Translations under genes and position numbers: made by a program
In this document: positions 12,176 through 24,706 of the stretch, piece by piece
Layout of the letters: the number at the start of each line of letters is the position of its first letter
Numbering within the stretch: the stretch's first letter is position 1
Notes under the pieces: generated by a model
Database searches by the model: none
Seen by the model: the letters and a program-made list of their open reading frames with translations, nothing else
Told to the model about the DNA's origin: nothing
NCBI RefSeq assembly: GCF_032191835.1
Contig: NC_083229.1
Location: 30,070,001-30,134,000 of the forward strand
DNA from: Heteronotia binoei
Lineage: Eukaryota
DNA: 64,000 nt
Direction: 5' to 3'

Positions 12176-12812
12176 ATTGTTGCTATCATGGCCAATTGCC
12201 AGTACATCCATATGTACAGGTACAAGGTATTACTCATGTGTAGTGGAGCTTTTGTTTCTTTTTTTCTACAACAGTCCCTTTTCCATCCTGGGCTGCTCAC
12301 ACACATTCATCAAATATTGTAGAAATACTGCTATAATACCTTTTTTTTGGGGGGGGGGGTGTTATTGATTATCTGTTTCTTAAACTTTTGTTTCATTTTA
12401 GTTGATCTATAATGTTGCTCCATTAAGCTGTGTGGCAGAACAGAATTTCTGCCCTGCCTACCCTAGGCAGTTTCCAACTCATTGGAGGGGCTCCCCCCCC
12501 CTCTCGAATAGCCACCACTGCCACCTGATCAATATAGGGATTTCTCACTGATGGGATCAGGACTCTCAGCTTTCCTTCCTAGCATCTATGTCTCCTGTTA
12601 GCCTGGTGCCTGCCTGGCTGCCACAGGGACAGTTTATTGCTTTGTGTGACCCGGGGGAATAGCCAGTTATCAGCTACTTCCTTCCCCCTGCTCCTGGGCT
12701 CCCTTTTTAAAATAGTGTGTCTAAAACAACAGAGGTCTATGTGGGTCAGAGAAGCACTGCCAGAATTAAAAGTTATAAGTATCAATTAAAAATAAAATGT
12801 TTACAAGCGTAC

Positions 12813-14188
12813 TTATGTAATCTTTCATTGAAATCTGCCTCCGTTCCTGAGGACTGGAAGGTAGCAAATGTCACCCCCATCTTTAAAAAGGGTTCCTGAG
12901 GAGATCTGGGAAATTACAGGCCAGTCAGTCTGACTTCAATACCGGGAAAGTTGGTAGAAACCATTATCAAGGGCAGAATGAGTAGGCACATTGATGAACA
13001 CGAGTTATTGAGGAAGATTCAGCATGGGTTCTGTAAGGGAAGATCTTGCCTCACTAACCTGTTACAGTTCTTTGAGGGGGTGAAGAAACATGTGGACAAA
13101 GGGGACCCAATAGATGTCATTTACCTTGACTTCTAGAAAGCTTTTGATAAAGTTCCTCATCAAAGGCTCCTTAATAAGCTCGAGAGTCAAGGAGTAAAAG
13201 GACAGGTCCTCTTGTGGATCAAAAACTGGCTAAATAATAGGAGTGAGTATAAATGGGCAGTCTTCGCAGTGGAGGACGGTAAGCAGTGGGGTGCCACAGG
13301 GCTCAGTACTGGGTCCAATGCTCTTTAACTTGTTCATAAATGATTTGGAGTTGGGAGTAAGCAGTGAAGTGGCCAAGTTTGCAGGTGACACTAAATTGTT
13401 CAGGGTGCTGAGAACCAGAGAGGATTGTGAGGCACTCGAAAGGGATCTGTTGAGGTTGGGTGACTGGGTGTCAATGTGGCAGATAGGGTTAAATATGGCC
13501 AAGTGCAAAGTAATGTACATCAGGGCCAAAAATCCCAGCTACAAATACAAGTTGATGGGGTGTGAACTGGCAGAGACTGACCAAGAGAGAGATCTTGGGG
13601 TCGTGGTAGATAACTCACTGAAAATGTCAAGACAGTGTGCGATTGCAACAAAAAAGGCCAACGCCATGCTGGGAATTATTAGGAAGGGAATTGAAAACAA
13701 ATCAGCCAGTATCATAATGCCCCTGTATAAATCGATGATGCGGTGTCATTTGGAATACTGTGTACAATTCTGGTCACCGCACCTCAAAAAGGATATTATA
13801 GCATTGGAAAAAGTCAAGAAAAGGGCAACTAGAATGATTAAAGGTTTAGAACACTTTCCCTATGAAGAAAGGTTAAAATGCTTGGGGTTCTTTAGCTTGG
13901 AGAAACGTCGACTGCAGGGTGACATGATAAACGTTTACAAGATTATGCATGGGTGGAGAAAGTAGAGAAAGAAGTACTTTTCTCCCTTTCTCACAATACA
14001 AGAACTCATGGGCATTCAATGAAATTGCTGAGGAGTCAGGTTAAAATGGATAGAAGGAAGTACTTCTTCACCCAAAGGATGATTAACATGTGGAATTCAC
14101 TGCCACAGAAGGTGGTGGCGGCTACAAACATAGCCAGCTTCAAGAGGGGGTTAGATAAAAATATGGAGCAGAGGTCCATCAGTGGCTT
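12813..14188 (+). mobile_element. CR1 LINE ORF2 RT region, 5'-truncated, disrupted
   Basis: VPEDWKVANVTPIFKKG, QHGFCKGRSCLTNL, YLDF*KAFDKVPH, SGVPQGSVLGP, KFAGDTKL; stops and frameshifts. Confidence 0.95.
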
Positions 14189-14772
14189 ACATATATATAT
14201 TTCTCTTATGTTCGTATGTAGTTTTATCACGGCACTAAATTTGAACAAAGGAAAACAAAATAACTTGATTTAAAAACCACAAATCCTCTCTCCCTGCTCT
14301 AAGTATGCCCCATATGATGATAAAATATAGGACAGACTCTTTGACTCAGCTGTTTTTGTTTCTCTAATGAGTTACCATTACCTCCAGACTCCTTTCAGAT
14401 ATCTAGGCGAACTATATGGTCAAAAATGGCTGTCTGTTTGCAATCCGCAGCTCAAAGTCCTCCTGCCACCTGCATCCCAAAGGAAAGAGAGCTATTTCCT
14501 GTTGCACTGATAATTTATTCCCTCTGTTTCCCTCTCTTACTTGGCATGGTCAGGCGAGGTCAGAGAAGCATTTCCTCCAGCCTCTTCCTAGAGAAGCTTC
14601 CTGGAGACTAGTCTTCCAAATTCATTACCTGCATGGATTATATCTTATTTTAGCATATTTTAAGAGAGGCGTCTGGAAGGTTATGGGCTAATTTCTCCCC
14701 TCCCCCTTCTGCTTGTTCTTATTTCATAGTGGGGGAAATGGTTAAAAGGCACAGGAGAGCCTTGCTTGTTGC

Positions 14773-15736
14773 CAGGGGTCATTTTGTAGAAAAATCGGTG
14801 GTGGTAGGGTTGCCAAGTCCAATTCAAGAAATATCTGGGGACTTTGGGGGTGGGGCCAGGAGACATTGGGGGCGGAGCCAGGAGCACGGGTGTGACAAGC
14901 AGAATTGAACTCCAAGGGAGTTCTGGCCATCACATTTAAAGGGACCTTTTAAAATGCCTTCCTTCCATAGAAAATAATGAAGGATAGGGGCACCTTCTTT
15001 TGGGGCTCGTAGAATTGGATCCCCTGGTCCAATCCTTTTGAAACTTGGGGGGTATTTTGGGAAGAGGTACTAGATGCTATACTGAAAATTTGGCACCTCT
15101 ACCTCAAAAAACAGCCCCCCCAGAGCCCCCGATACCCGTGGATCAATTCCCCATCATTCCTTATGGGAATTGTTCATGGAGGTGCATAATGGCTGTGGGG
15201 GTGGGGCTTCCCCCGCCGGCCAGCTGGCTGGGGGAAGGGGGAAGCCTGTAAAACCGGGGGATCCCCCGCTGGGACCCGGGGATTGGGAAGCCTAGGTGGT
15301 GGAGTTCAGTACCATAACTCATTAGCATATGCCGCCCCTCCACCAGCCAAAAGCAACCCAACACAAGAAAGGAGAGCCCCGGGCAAGCGAGGCCTGCTTG
15401 AACTGGCTAGAGATCCAGGCAGCCCAAGCAGGCCTTGCTCACCCGGGGCTCTCCTTGGCCATCCCCCCCCCCTTCACAGCCAAAAATCCAGCAAGCCACC
15501 CACCACCCAAAATCACATAAGAAGTGGAGAAAGGGTGGTGTGAGCTTCTTCAAGGGTTAATGAGGGCTGCTGGGGGTGTGGCAAAGCTCCTGGTGGCTGG
15601 CTGGTTTGCCTACTCTCCTAATCCAGGGATTGTTATGTAGCTGCACCTACTATTAAATGGACAAGGTGGGGAGCAGGAGGGGGGCCATCAGAAAGGTTCA
15701 GGAGCTGTGCTCTTGTGAGTTCCTGCTGAAGGCCTG
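14773..15736. mobile_element. hAT nonautonomous element (CAGGGGTC end) hosting a nested MITE
   Basis: caggggtcatttt...aggcctg; TSD cttgttgc/cttgctgc. Confidence 0.75.
14805..15294 (+). mobile_element. About 500-bp hAT MITE (TAGGGTTGCCA family); orientation reference copy
   Basis: tagggttgcca...ttgggaagccta; perfect 8-bp TSD ggtggtgg. Confidence 0.9.
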
Positions 15737-17620
15737 CTTGCTGCCAATCTTCCAGGAGACAAAGCATTTCTCCACAAGCTGTAAATGACTTTGTTCTCTG
15801 ATATTGGCACCTCTTGGGGTGTACACATCTTGATGTCTTTTAAAACTCATTAAAAAATAAAGGATGTGCATCAAGCAGCCAAAGGTTCAGTTCTGTGGAA
15901 ATGTTGACAAGGGAAAAGATACAGTTCAGTTTTTATGTTCAGGAATGACTGAGTTATAGTAATACTCCTTCAGTTTAAATGATACATGAGCCAATAATGG
16001 TATGGTTCCTCCAGGTACAATCAAACAACATTACTTTCTAAAAAGTTCTACACTGGCTTGTGAGGGTTTGCCCTGTATGTGCTCTAACAGTGTGGCTTGG
16101 AAATTGTAGCATGGGGGTGAGGAGGTGGCAGTGTGTTGCCCAAGCAACTGTATGGCAGTTCCATGATGAGGATTAGACTTTTGGACTTCAGACAGAGCAA
16201 GGCCATTGTTCTGTAAATTACAGTGCTATTTAGAAACCCTAGCCAATTTTAGCTATCAGAGAGGACAGTTTTTTTTTCAGGAAGACTAAGGAAAGGAATG
16301 AAGTATTTAAGCTCCGTTGTTACTAGCGTTGCTAGCAGTGTCTGGCAGCTGACAGGAGGGTTGTGATGGGGTGCCACAACATCATGGAAGGAAACCATTA
16401 CTGGAAGTGAAAAAGGGTAGCTCTAGGAATTGCTAGAAACATTATGGTTTTACTTATGTTTTTTCTCCATGGTTGTTCTGGTGATTCCTAGAGCTACTTC
16501 TTGTCACTTCCAGGAATAACTTCTAGTAAGTACACAAGGTTGCATTTTTTTTTTTAAATTCTCCTTCTGATGCTCAGAGTGGCAGTGAGTGATGAGACCT
16601 GGGAATTGGGGACCTCCCATCCCAATAAGGGGCTTGACAGTCTTAGTTCTTATACCATTGGTGGCTCTTAACCTTTGTTTAAGATCTTAGAGGAGATTTA
16701 GGTACCCACCTCTGCTCATCTCTTGCCTTGAAAACCCTATGGCCCTGGGTCGCCATGAGTTGTTTGTGGCTTGATGTGATACTTTAATTATTATGGGATA
16801 CATCCAGCATACCCTTTCAACTGGGGGGAAACTTCCTCCCATAGAGGGTAACATTCTTGGCTTCCCCTTCACACTGCAGCTTGAAATACCTCTGGGAAAT
16901 CGTGTTCCAGGGAAAGAGGAGACTTCAAACATGCATTGGGCTCTTGGCTATCATAAACAAGGACACACAAGTATGTTGACTTTCCTAAAGGACAGCCTTC
17001 CTGGAACCATCAATATCGACACATTAAACCATAATTTATGAGCTAGAAGGGAGAAAACTTATGCTTTCAGGACTTGTTGTGCACGGTGTCTAATGAAGTA
17101 AGAGGATGGATTGATGAGGTTTGGGGAGATAAATTACTACATCTGCTAGATGCAATTAGAATTTACAGTACGTTCAAAGTCTCTGTACAAACACTTTTAA
17201 TTAATGGATTGAGTCTAATTATTTGTGCTTGGGGCTCAGCGTTGTATCTCAGGTGAAAAGTAATTGGTGGAAAAGTACAAGCTTGTCTCATCTTCTTCAT
17301 TCTAATTAGTTGTGGGAATTAATATTTTCCAAGACTGAACATAGAGTACACTAGATCCAATGAAGCTAAATAGCACTGTGGGATTAGGGGGTCTTTCCAG
17401 AGTTGGTGAAAGTCCTTTGATTATGGGTCAAGGGACCTACACCAGCTTTGTAATTGCCAGGTATAATTTATTTAGCTATTTTATTAAAATCATTGTACCC
17501 CTATTTTATTAAAATCATTGTATTCTCTAAATATTCAAAGTGTCTTTCGTATTTGTGCATAAAGCACCATTAAATCACAGCCGTTTTATGGTGATCCTGT
17601 AGGGTGTTCAAGGCAAGAGT

Positions 17621-17765
17621 CTAACAAAGGTGGTTCACCATTGCCTTCCTCTGCATAGTGACCCCAGAATTCCTTGGTGATCTTCCATCCAAATACTAAC
17701 CAGGACCGATCCTGCTTAGCTTCAGAGATCTGATGAGATCGAGTTAGCCTGGGCCATCCAGGTCA
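17621..17765 (-). mobile_element. 5S rRNA-derived SINE (5S-Sauria-like)
   Basis: Minus strand has 5S-like ctcatcagatctctgaagctaagcaggatcggtcctggttagtatttggatgg followed by a Sauria-like body. Confidence 0.85.
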
Positions 17766-17826
17766 GCACGGTGGCTTATAAATATAAGCTGCAGTAATAA
17801 TATAAAAAGGAAACATTCCATCAATA

Positions 17827-18785
17827 CAAGCACAGGGTTGGATCCTTGATCTGCAGGCAACAAGCATTCTGGGAGGCTCCCCTGCTTTTTCTCCTCCTGG
17901 GCATTGAGTGATTCTAGGGGCTGAGGGGTGCATGTGGACCAAGTAACAACATGAGTGGACCAAGTAGCCACAAGCAGTGGGGAGGGAGAAGGGGGGGGAG
18001 GAAATTCCTTTTCCATGAGCTCTGTTGGTGATCTCATTCTTTTCATCCTCCCCACTGTAGCTTCCCAACCCATGTAGTAGCCCACTCAGGTCCATCAACC
18101 CCAGGAATAAACTTTCCCAGGGTCAGAAAGGGTCCCCAGAGGAAAGAGAAGCAGTATGGGTGTCTGGGTTCCAGGAGTCTGCATCAGCGGAGGTGAGGGT
18201 GATGGCTCCAGGGTAGAGGATCCATCGACTGGGCTTGTGCTGCCTCAGAATTGAGATTGGGAGGGGGGTTTACAGCACCCGTTTTCCCTCTCCAACCTTC
18301 CCCAGGCTTCACCACTGGTTGCTTTCTCTCTCTTTCAGTAGTGTCTGCATGGTAAGCCTCGGGCTCATCCTCCCTGGCAGGCAGAGGTCCCCACAACTAA
18401 ATCCCTAATCCTGCTCCCTCCGCCTTTGCCTCCAACCAATCCCAGCAGGGTGTGGGTGCTCTTCCCTTCACTGGCTGTCAGGGAATTACTCATGAGGGAT
18501 CCATAGGGTGGGGCCGAGGCACTTGAAGTCTCGGCAGAACAACTGGCATCGTGGATGGTGCTGGCCCAGTACTCCTGACCAGAAGGTCCAGGAGGAGGGA
18601 TGGAGGGATGGAGACCCCGACTATGGACATGGGTACAGGTGGTTATCATCCCCCCCCCCCTTTGCATGATGGTACTTGCAGAAGGCCCTGTAGGGATGAG
18701 TGGAGTTGTGGTGGCAGAACATAGGGAGATAAGTGGTCCTACAGATAAGAAGGACCAAGGCCATGAAGGCCTTTGCGTGTGCGGG
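17827..18785. mobile_element. LTR-like GC-rich repeat, unassigned
   Basis: About 1-kb GC-rich island in AT-rich intron, flanked by tcaata direct repeats; no TG..CA ends recognised. Confidence 0.3.
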
Positions 18786-19937
18786 TCAATAAAAGCTGGC
18801 AAATAGAAGTATATTAAAAATGTGACTCATGAGATTTGAGTGCCCCAGGCCATTTTTGCTTTAATAGCAAAAACTGGCACCTTGATTTGTGTCTTGACAC
18901 AAATAAGTCAGCATTGCTGATGATAAAGTACAGGTCATAGGGTCCTGCTGGCTGAGTCCTAGCAAAAGCCTGTCACACTTCATATTGTCCACAATATGTT
19001 TTGACTCTGCATTTGATCTTTGACAGCTACAATACCAAATGGTTACAGTCTTCATTTGCACTATTTGGACAGAATCTCTGCACATACAAATATAATTTCT
19101 ACCATTTTGTCTATACTTCTCTGTTTAAAAGTAGGTCATAAGCTATCATTAGCTTAATTGATAAATTAATCCATTACACATTTAGTTGCTCACGACTCCA
19201 GGGCCAATTTTAATTATTCAGAGCCAATTTCAATTACTGGGACCTCAAATAAAGTACTTTCAGGTTGTGCTGTGTTACTAGGCAGTTAAAAAAAATGGTT
19301 TCCCCTTGTTACCAGTGGTCCAGTTGAGACCTCAAGTTGCTCACTCTCCAACCATGGCAGTTAGGAAGAATGTTCACTGGGAGCTCATATAATCCTTTTG
19401 TTTCCTCCTGTCTCCACTGCTACACAAAAGGAGAAAAAAGTTTGTGAGATGAAGGAGGAAGGAAGAATAAGGAAGTGGAGGAGCGTAAATGCCCTAAAGG
19501 TAGCAAACTCCTCCCAACCAAGAACCTTGTTTGGACAATTGAACAACATGACATCTTAGCTTGGAATGGAAGCTGATCTTTCTGCTTTCTGCAATATCTC
19601 TGGGGGGGGGGAGCCTCTGTATTGATGGTTTGATAACATACGCACTTATTTAAAATGTACTTGATTGATTGAGGAATCAGTGAACGGCCAGTTGATTAAT
19701 CAACTAAAATACTTCTAATTAGTTGACAGCCCTGTTTTGAACAAAAGGTTTTTGCCTCATTGAACCTCAATTATTGCCATGATGGGAAATCTTTTAAATG
19801 TAACAGAAGAAAAATTGCAGTTCTCATAATGGAGTTTTCGCCCACTTGATCTGTAGAATTGTACAAATGTGGCAAGCAATATTATGAATAAAGGACATAA
19901 ACATGTGCATGACACAATTCTTACTGGAAATAACTTT

Positions 19938-19990
19938 CTGCTGCTGCTACTACTATTACTACTACTACTACTACTGTTACTACTACTATT
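19938..19990. repeat. (CTG)/(CTA)n microsatellite
   Basis: Direct reading. Confidence 0.95.
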
Positions 19991-20463
19991 GAGAGCTGTG
20001 AGAAAGGCCCAAAGGAGAAACCTAATTATTTTGGAATCTAGGATACAATGATGATTTTAAGAAGATGGTTACTTTTCCTTTGGATTTAAAGATGGGTCAT
20101 ATTTAACATGTTTGTGCACAGTTATGCTCAGTATTCCATGATAAACATTTCTGCTGCAAAATTAATGAATTGCTGCCTCCATATTTGTCGTTTCATTTCT
20201 TGTTAACTGGAATTTGGAGACTTACAGGGCTTCTGTCCCAAGATGGTTTTGCCCCTTATATAACTGCTACTTCTTCCCAGAATGGTGATCTCGATAGTCA
20301 TGATGAATCACATTGTAGCCAATCATATTTGTCTATGTAACTTGATGGTATGGGAAGCAATGTCCTCATACTACGTGGGTGCTGTTGAAATCTTGTTCTC
20401 TTCTGCCCCTGTTTGCAAACCTGGGTGGGGGGGAGGGGAAACTGACAAAGGATGCATTTCCCA

Positions 20464-21329
20464 TAGGGTTGCCAAGTCCAATTCAAGAAATATCTGGAGA
20501 CTTTGGGGGTGGAGCCAGGAGACTTTGGGGGTGGAGCCAGGAGACATTATGGGTGGAGCCAAGATCAAGGCTGTGACAAACATAATTGAACTCCAAAGGG
20601 AGTTCTGCCCATCACATTTAAAGGGACGGCACACCTTTTAAAATGTCTTCCTTCCATAGGAAATAATGAAGGATAGGGGCACCTTCGTTTGGGGCTCATA
20701 GAATGGGACCCCCTGGTCCAATCGTTTTGAAACTTGGGAGATACTTTGGGGAGAGTTACTAGATACTATACTGAAAATTTGGTGCCTCTACCTCAAAAAA
20801 CAGCTCCCCCAGAGCCCCCGAAACCTCCAGGTCAATTCCCCATTATACCCTATGAGAATCAATCTCCACATAGAGAATAATGCTCAGCAGACATATGTCC
20901 CCCCCCCCCCCAATTTCTGGCGATTCTGAAGGGGATGGGCCTTTCTACTCACGAGTTGCTGCCAACTTCTTCAAAGTAACACAGACACACCATCACAAGA
21001 GGAAGCCTTTCAATCAGCAACTGAAGCCTCTGGAGGTAGAAACGCACATGGTCCAGACTCCCCGAGGAGACGCCACCCGGCAGCTGGAGAGGATGCAAGG
21101 ACTACAAGTCCCAGCATGCACCTCGCGAAGGGAGGCCGGACTGGAGCGAATAGCAGGCCGGCGGTGGGCGGGTCTTTGTGACTCGGAGGAAGGGAGAAGC
21201 CTGAAGCCAGGCAGGGAAAGAGACACTGCACCATTCCACCCCCCACCCTCGCTATCAGATTTTTAGAGAGTGGGGGATTAGGCTGCTAATCCAGGGGTCC
21301 CCCGGCAGGGCGGGGGGTTGGGAAGCCTA
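20464..21329 (+). mobile_element. Longer member of the TAGGGTTGCCA hAT MITE family
   Basis: TIRs at both ends; TSD atttccca/attttcca; internal duplication of gactttgggggtggagccagga. Confidence 0.88.
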
Positions 21330-21690
21330 ATTTTCCAGGGTGCAAAATGCTCTCAAAACACAGACATAGATGCACTCTATTTAAGTTTACCACCTTTTAA
21401 AGAAAATTGCACTCCTCCAAAAATATTGAACCAACTTACTGATTAAAACTTCAATGACATGCATCCAACACAGTTACAAAGGATTCAGGGTACAAATTTT
21501 TGGAAGAAGGAACAGCAGGTGGGGCAATCTTCTCATTTTGCCGCCCTGTTTAGAGATCCACTGATCTTCAGAAATAAAATTACATGGGATCTCTGAGAGC
21601 TGTAGTAGGAGAGAGAAGGGGTAATGACCATGAGAAGTCTATGGATCAGTGAATACTTAATTTCTGCAGTAAATCAATAAAAGCATTAGA

Positions 21691-22775
21691 TTATAATTTC
21701 ATTTATATCCTGCCCTCCCTGAGGTGGACTCAGGATGGCTTACATGGCCATGCATGTGCATGAGTAAACATAATGATAGGACATAAAAACCATAAAAAAC
21801 ATAAACCAGTTTAAAAACATGGAATAATTGACATTTCGGTGCTATGATCTTAAGTTTCAGATTAATGATTCTCTGTAAGCAAATCTTAAGTTGTCCTCTC
21901 CACTGCAGATTGCAAGGGGTGTTGCCTAAAAACTGTAGTGGCTGGCAGTCTAGTTTACAAATGCCTGGTGGAAGAGTGCCGTCTTACAGGCCCTGCAGAA
22001 CTGTATGAATTCTCACAGGGCCCTGACTTCTTCTGGCAACTCATTCCACCAGCATGGGGCCACTACAGAGAAGGCTCTGGCTCTAGTTGTCATGAGCCTG
22101 GCCTCTTTAGGGCCGGGGATTGAAAGCAGATTTTATGATCCAGACCGAAGTGCTCCCTGGGAACATGTGGGGAAAGGCGGTCCCTAAAGTATGCAGGCCC
22201 TTGGACATATAGGGTTTTAAAGGTGAGAACCAGCACCTTGAAATGAACCCAGTATGTGATAGGCAACCAATGCAACGTTTTTAGCACATGTTGAATGTGC
22301 TCCCATAAGGGAAGGCCCAGTAACAACCTGCCTGCTGTGTTCTGCACTAGTTGAAGCTTCCGGATTTGAGACAAGGGTAGCCCCATGTAGAGGGCATTGC
22401 AGTAATCCAATCTTGAGGTGACTGTGGCATGGATCACTGTTGCCAAGTCACTGCATTTGAGGTAGGGGACCAACTGCCTTATTAGCTGAAGGTGATAGAA
22501 GGCTGGTCTGGCAGTAGCTGCCACCTGGACCTCCATATTTGAAGAGGGATCCATGAACACCCCTAAGCTTTTAACCTTGGGCGCCGGTGTGAGTAGTGCC
22601 CCATCAAAGGTCTGTAATGAGATCTCAGTTCCTAGACCGCCATGACTTAGGTACAGGACCTCTGTCTTTGTCAGATTCAATTTCAGTCAATTCAGCCTGA
22701 GCCACCCTGCCACAGCTTGAAACGCCATGGTCAGATCTTCTGGGGAGGAGTTGGACAGGCCGCCCATCAGTAGAT
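21691..22775 (-). mobile_element. L2 LINE 3' portion
   Basis: ORF 22090..22680 (LNLTKTEVL, VKSLGVFMD, HATVTSRLDYCNALYMGLP, LHWLPI..FKVLVL) plus L2 3' UTR. Confidence 0.92.
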
Positions 22776-22785
22776 CAACCTACAT

Positions 22786-22899
22786 CAGGGGTGGCCAACG
22801 GTAGCTCTCCAGAGATTTTTGCCTACAACTCCCATCAATACCTGGGGCTGATGGGAGTTGTAGACAAAAACATCTGGAGAGCTACCGTTGGCCACCCCG
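22786..22899. mobile_element. 114-bp palindromic hAT MITE (CAGGGGTGGCCAA)
   Basis: Near-perfect hairpin; perfect 8-bp TSD acctacat. Confidence 0.92.
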
Positions 22900-23445
22900 A
22901 CCTACATCATAACAACCTTCATCAGCAGTGCAATGCTCAGTGCTCTCATTTTAACCCGCAATTGTCCTAAAAGAACAAGTGGATTGAGGAGGAAATGGCC
23001 CCAGAATAGGGCATGCCTCCTTGGCTTCCCAGGCCCCATCTCTCAGAAGGACGGAGGGAGAAGTACCCTCAGGTCACAGTCAAATTAACTCCCACCAGCC
23101 AGCTCGCCAGCACCAGAGGGAGGGGACCCCGAATGGGGGATCTCCCTGCCCCAGCAGAGGCCCAACAACTCATCTACTATATCATGGGGGGATTTCCATT
23201 TACAAGTAGAGACGTTCTCTTGTATTTAACTCTGTTAGGGAATTGGTAGTTTGAGGGGCTGCCCTAAGATCCCATAACCTTACTTTTTTCTAGGATGAGA
23301 ATAAGAGATTTCTGTATGAGCTCTTTCAGTTGCTGTTTATATTTAAATTATCAAAGATTTCAGGTTTTCACGGCTGGTAACATCATTAGGGTTTGTAGAA
23401 TCTTTCAGGCTCAAGTGCCGTGTTCTACTGGAGAAAGTTTTTCTT

Positions 23446-23486
23446 CCAGACGTTTCGTTCTCGGCTGCGGAGAACATCCTCAGTGG
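23446..23486 (-). ncRNA. Minimal hammerhead ribozyme motif
   Basis: Identical to the motif at 7306-7346; intact. Confidence 0.85.
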
Positions 23487-23582
23487 CGTTGCAGCCGGAG
23501 CAGGCGCTCTGACCTTCTTGGCTGCTGTGCATTGAGTGGTCAGAGCGCCAAGAAGGTCAGAGCACCTGCTTCGGCTGCAACG

Positions 23583-23623
23583 CCACTGAGGATGTTCTCC
23601 GCAGCCAAGAACGAAACGTCTGG
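23583..23623 (+). ncRNA. Minimal hammerhead ribozyme motif
   Basis: CTGAGGA..GAAACGTC intact; one helix II mismatch (aagaac). Confidence 0.75.
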
Positions 23624-24011
23624 AAGAAAAACTTTCTCCAGTAGAACACAGCACTTGAGCCTGAAAGATTCTACAAACCCTAATATATTTAAATTGTTTT
23701 AAGGCAGTCATCATTTAGTGACTTTATCAGTGGTTCCAGAAACCTTCCAGGAATTAAATATTTATTTAAAGAAGCGAAATGCTTCTAAACAAATGTTGGG
23801 GAGGGAGTAATGGAGTAGTGTAATTTTCAACTCTGCCTGTGTGCTTCTTGAGCATCTCTGGCTGGCTGCTGTTGGAAACCAGATGCTCTGGCAGGGCCTG
23901 TTGCTCACACAGGGCACCTGGTCTTTTTCATGTATTGAAAGTGTTTAGGCAAGCCGCTTTGAAATAGGATTTTCTTTATCAATCTGGGAGGGAGGAAGGA
24001 AGGAAACCTTG

Positions 24012-24246
24012 GTTTAAATTAAGGGTGGGAAGTTACCAGCTGGATATTAGGAAAAAAACCTTTACAGTAAGAGTCATTAAACAGTGAAATCAGCTACCGA
24101 GGGAAGTGGTGAACTCCCCATCACTTGAAGTCTTTAAACAGCAGCTGGACGAATATTTGTCAGGGATGCTGTGATCCTGCATTGCACAGGGTGTTGAACT
24201 AGATAGCCTCTAGGGTACCTTCCAGCTTGTGATTCTATGATTCTGT
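24012..24246 (+). mobile_element. CR1 LINE 3' end
   Basis: ctggatattaggaaaaaa..; tail gattctatgattctgtg. Confidence 0.85.
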
Positions 24247-24293
24247 GGTGTTTGGCTTGTATAAAATGTAAAAAATACATAAGGGCATTTTCT

Positions 24294-24476
24294 CAATGCG
24301 CAGCAGCCAAGAAGGTCAGAGCGCCTGCTCCGGTTGCAACGCCACTGAGGATGTTCTCCGCAGCTGAGAATGAAATGTCTGGAAGGAAAACTTTCTCCAG
24401 TAGAACACGGCACTTGAGCCCGAAAGATTCTACAAACCCTAATGATGTTACCAGCCGTGAAAACCTGAAATCTTTG
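24294..24476 (+). mobile_element. Solo PLE pLTR with a mutated hammerhead (24342-24382)
   Basis: Same family as 8460-8653; CTGAGGA..GAAATGTC; possible 7-bp TSD attttct. Confidence 0.88.
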
Positions 24477-24582
24477 ATTTTCTTTAGTGTTTAAAAACAA
24501 ACATACAAAAAACCCTAGCCAGATTTCGAAGATATGATGGGACCTTTGGAATTCATTCACCAAGGAGATGCATCTGTCTCCC

Positions 24583-24706
24583 CAGAGCTTTTCTAGTAGA
24601 AAAAAGCCCAGCAGGAACTCTTTTGCATATTAGGCCACACCCTCTGACACCAAGCGAGCCAGAACTGTGTTCCTGTGCTTTCCTGCTAAAAAAAAAAAAA
24701 GCCCTG
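24583..24706. mobile_element. hAT MITE (CAGGGCTTTT family)
   Basis: cagagctttt...aaaagccctg; perfect 8-bp TSD tgtctccc. Confidence 0.9.

Larger units (their letters stand above)
23350..23683. mobile_element. ORF-less inverted dimer of the PLE pLTR
   Basis: Minus pLTR joined to plus pLTR of the same family as 7247-8653; 12-bp TSD tatatttaaatt at 23338-23349 and 23684-23695. Confidence 0.92.

Noticed and set aside
17476-17522. 25-bp tandem duplication
   Set aside because: An ordinary two-copy slippage duplication.
17621-17765. 5S rRNA gene
   Set aside because: Only a diverged partial 5S head fused to a SINE body; the same applies to the other copies.
19869-20051. Poly-Leu ORF resembling a signal peptide
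   Set aside because: It is the translation of a (CTA)n microsatellite.
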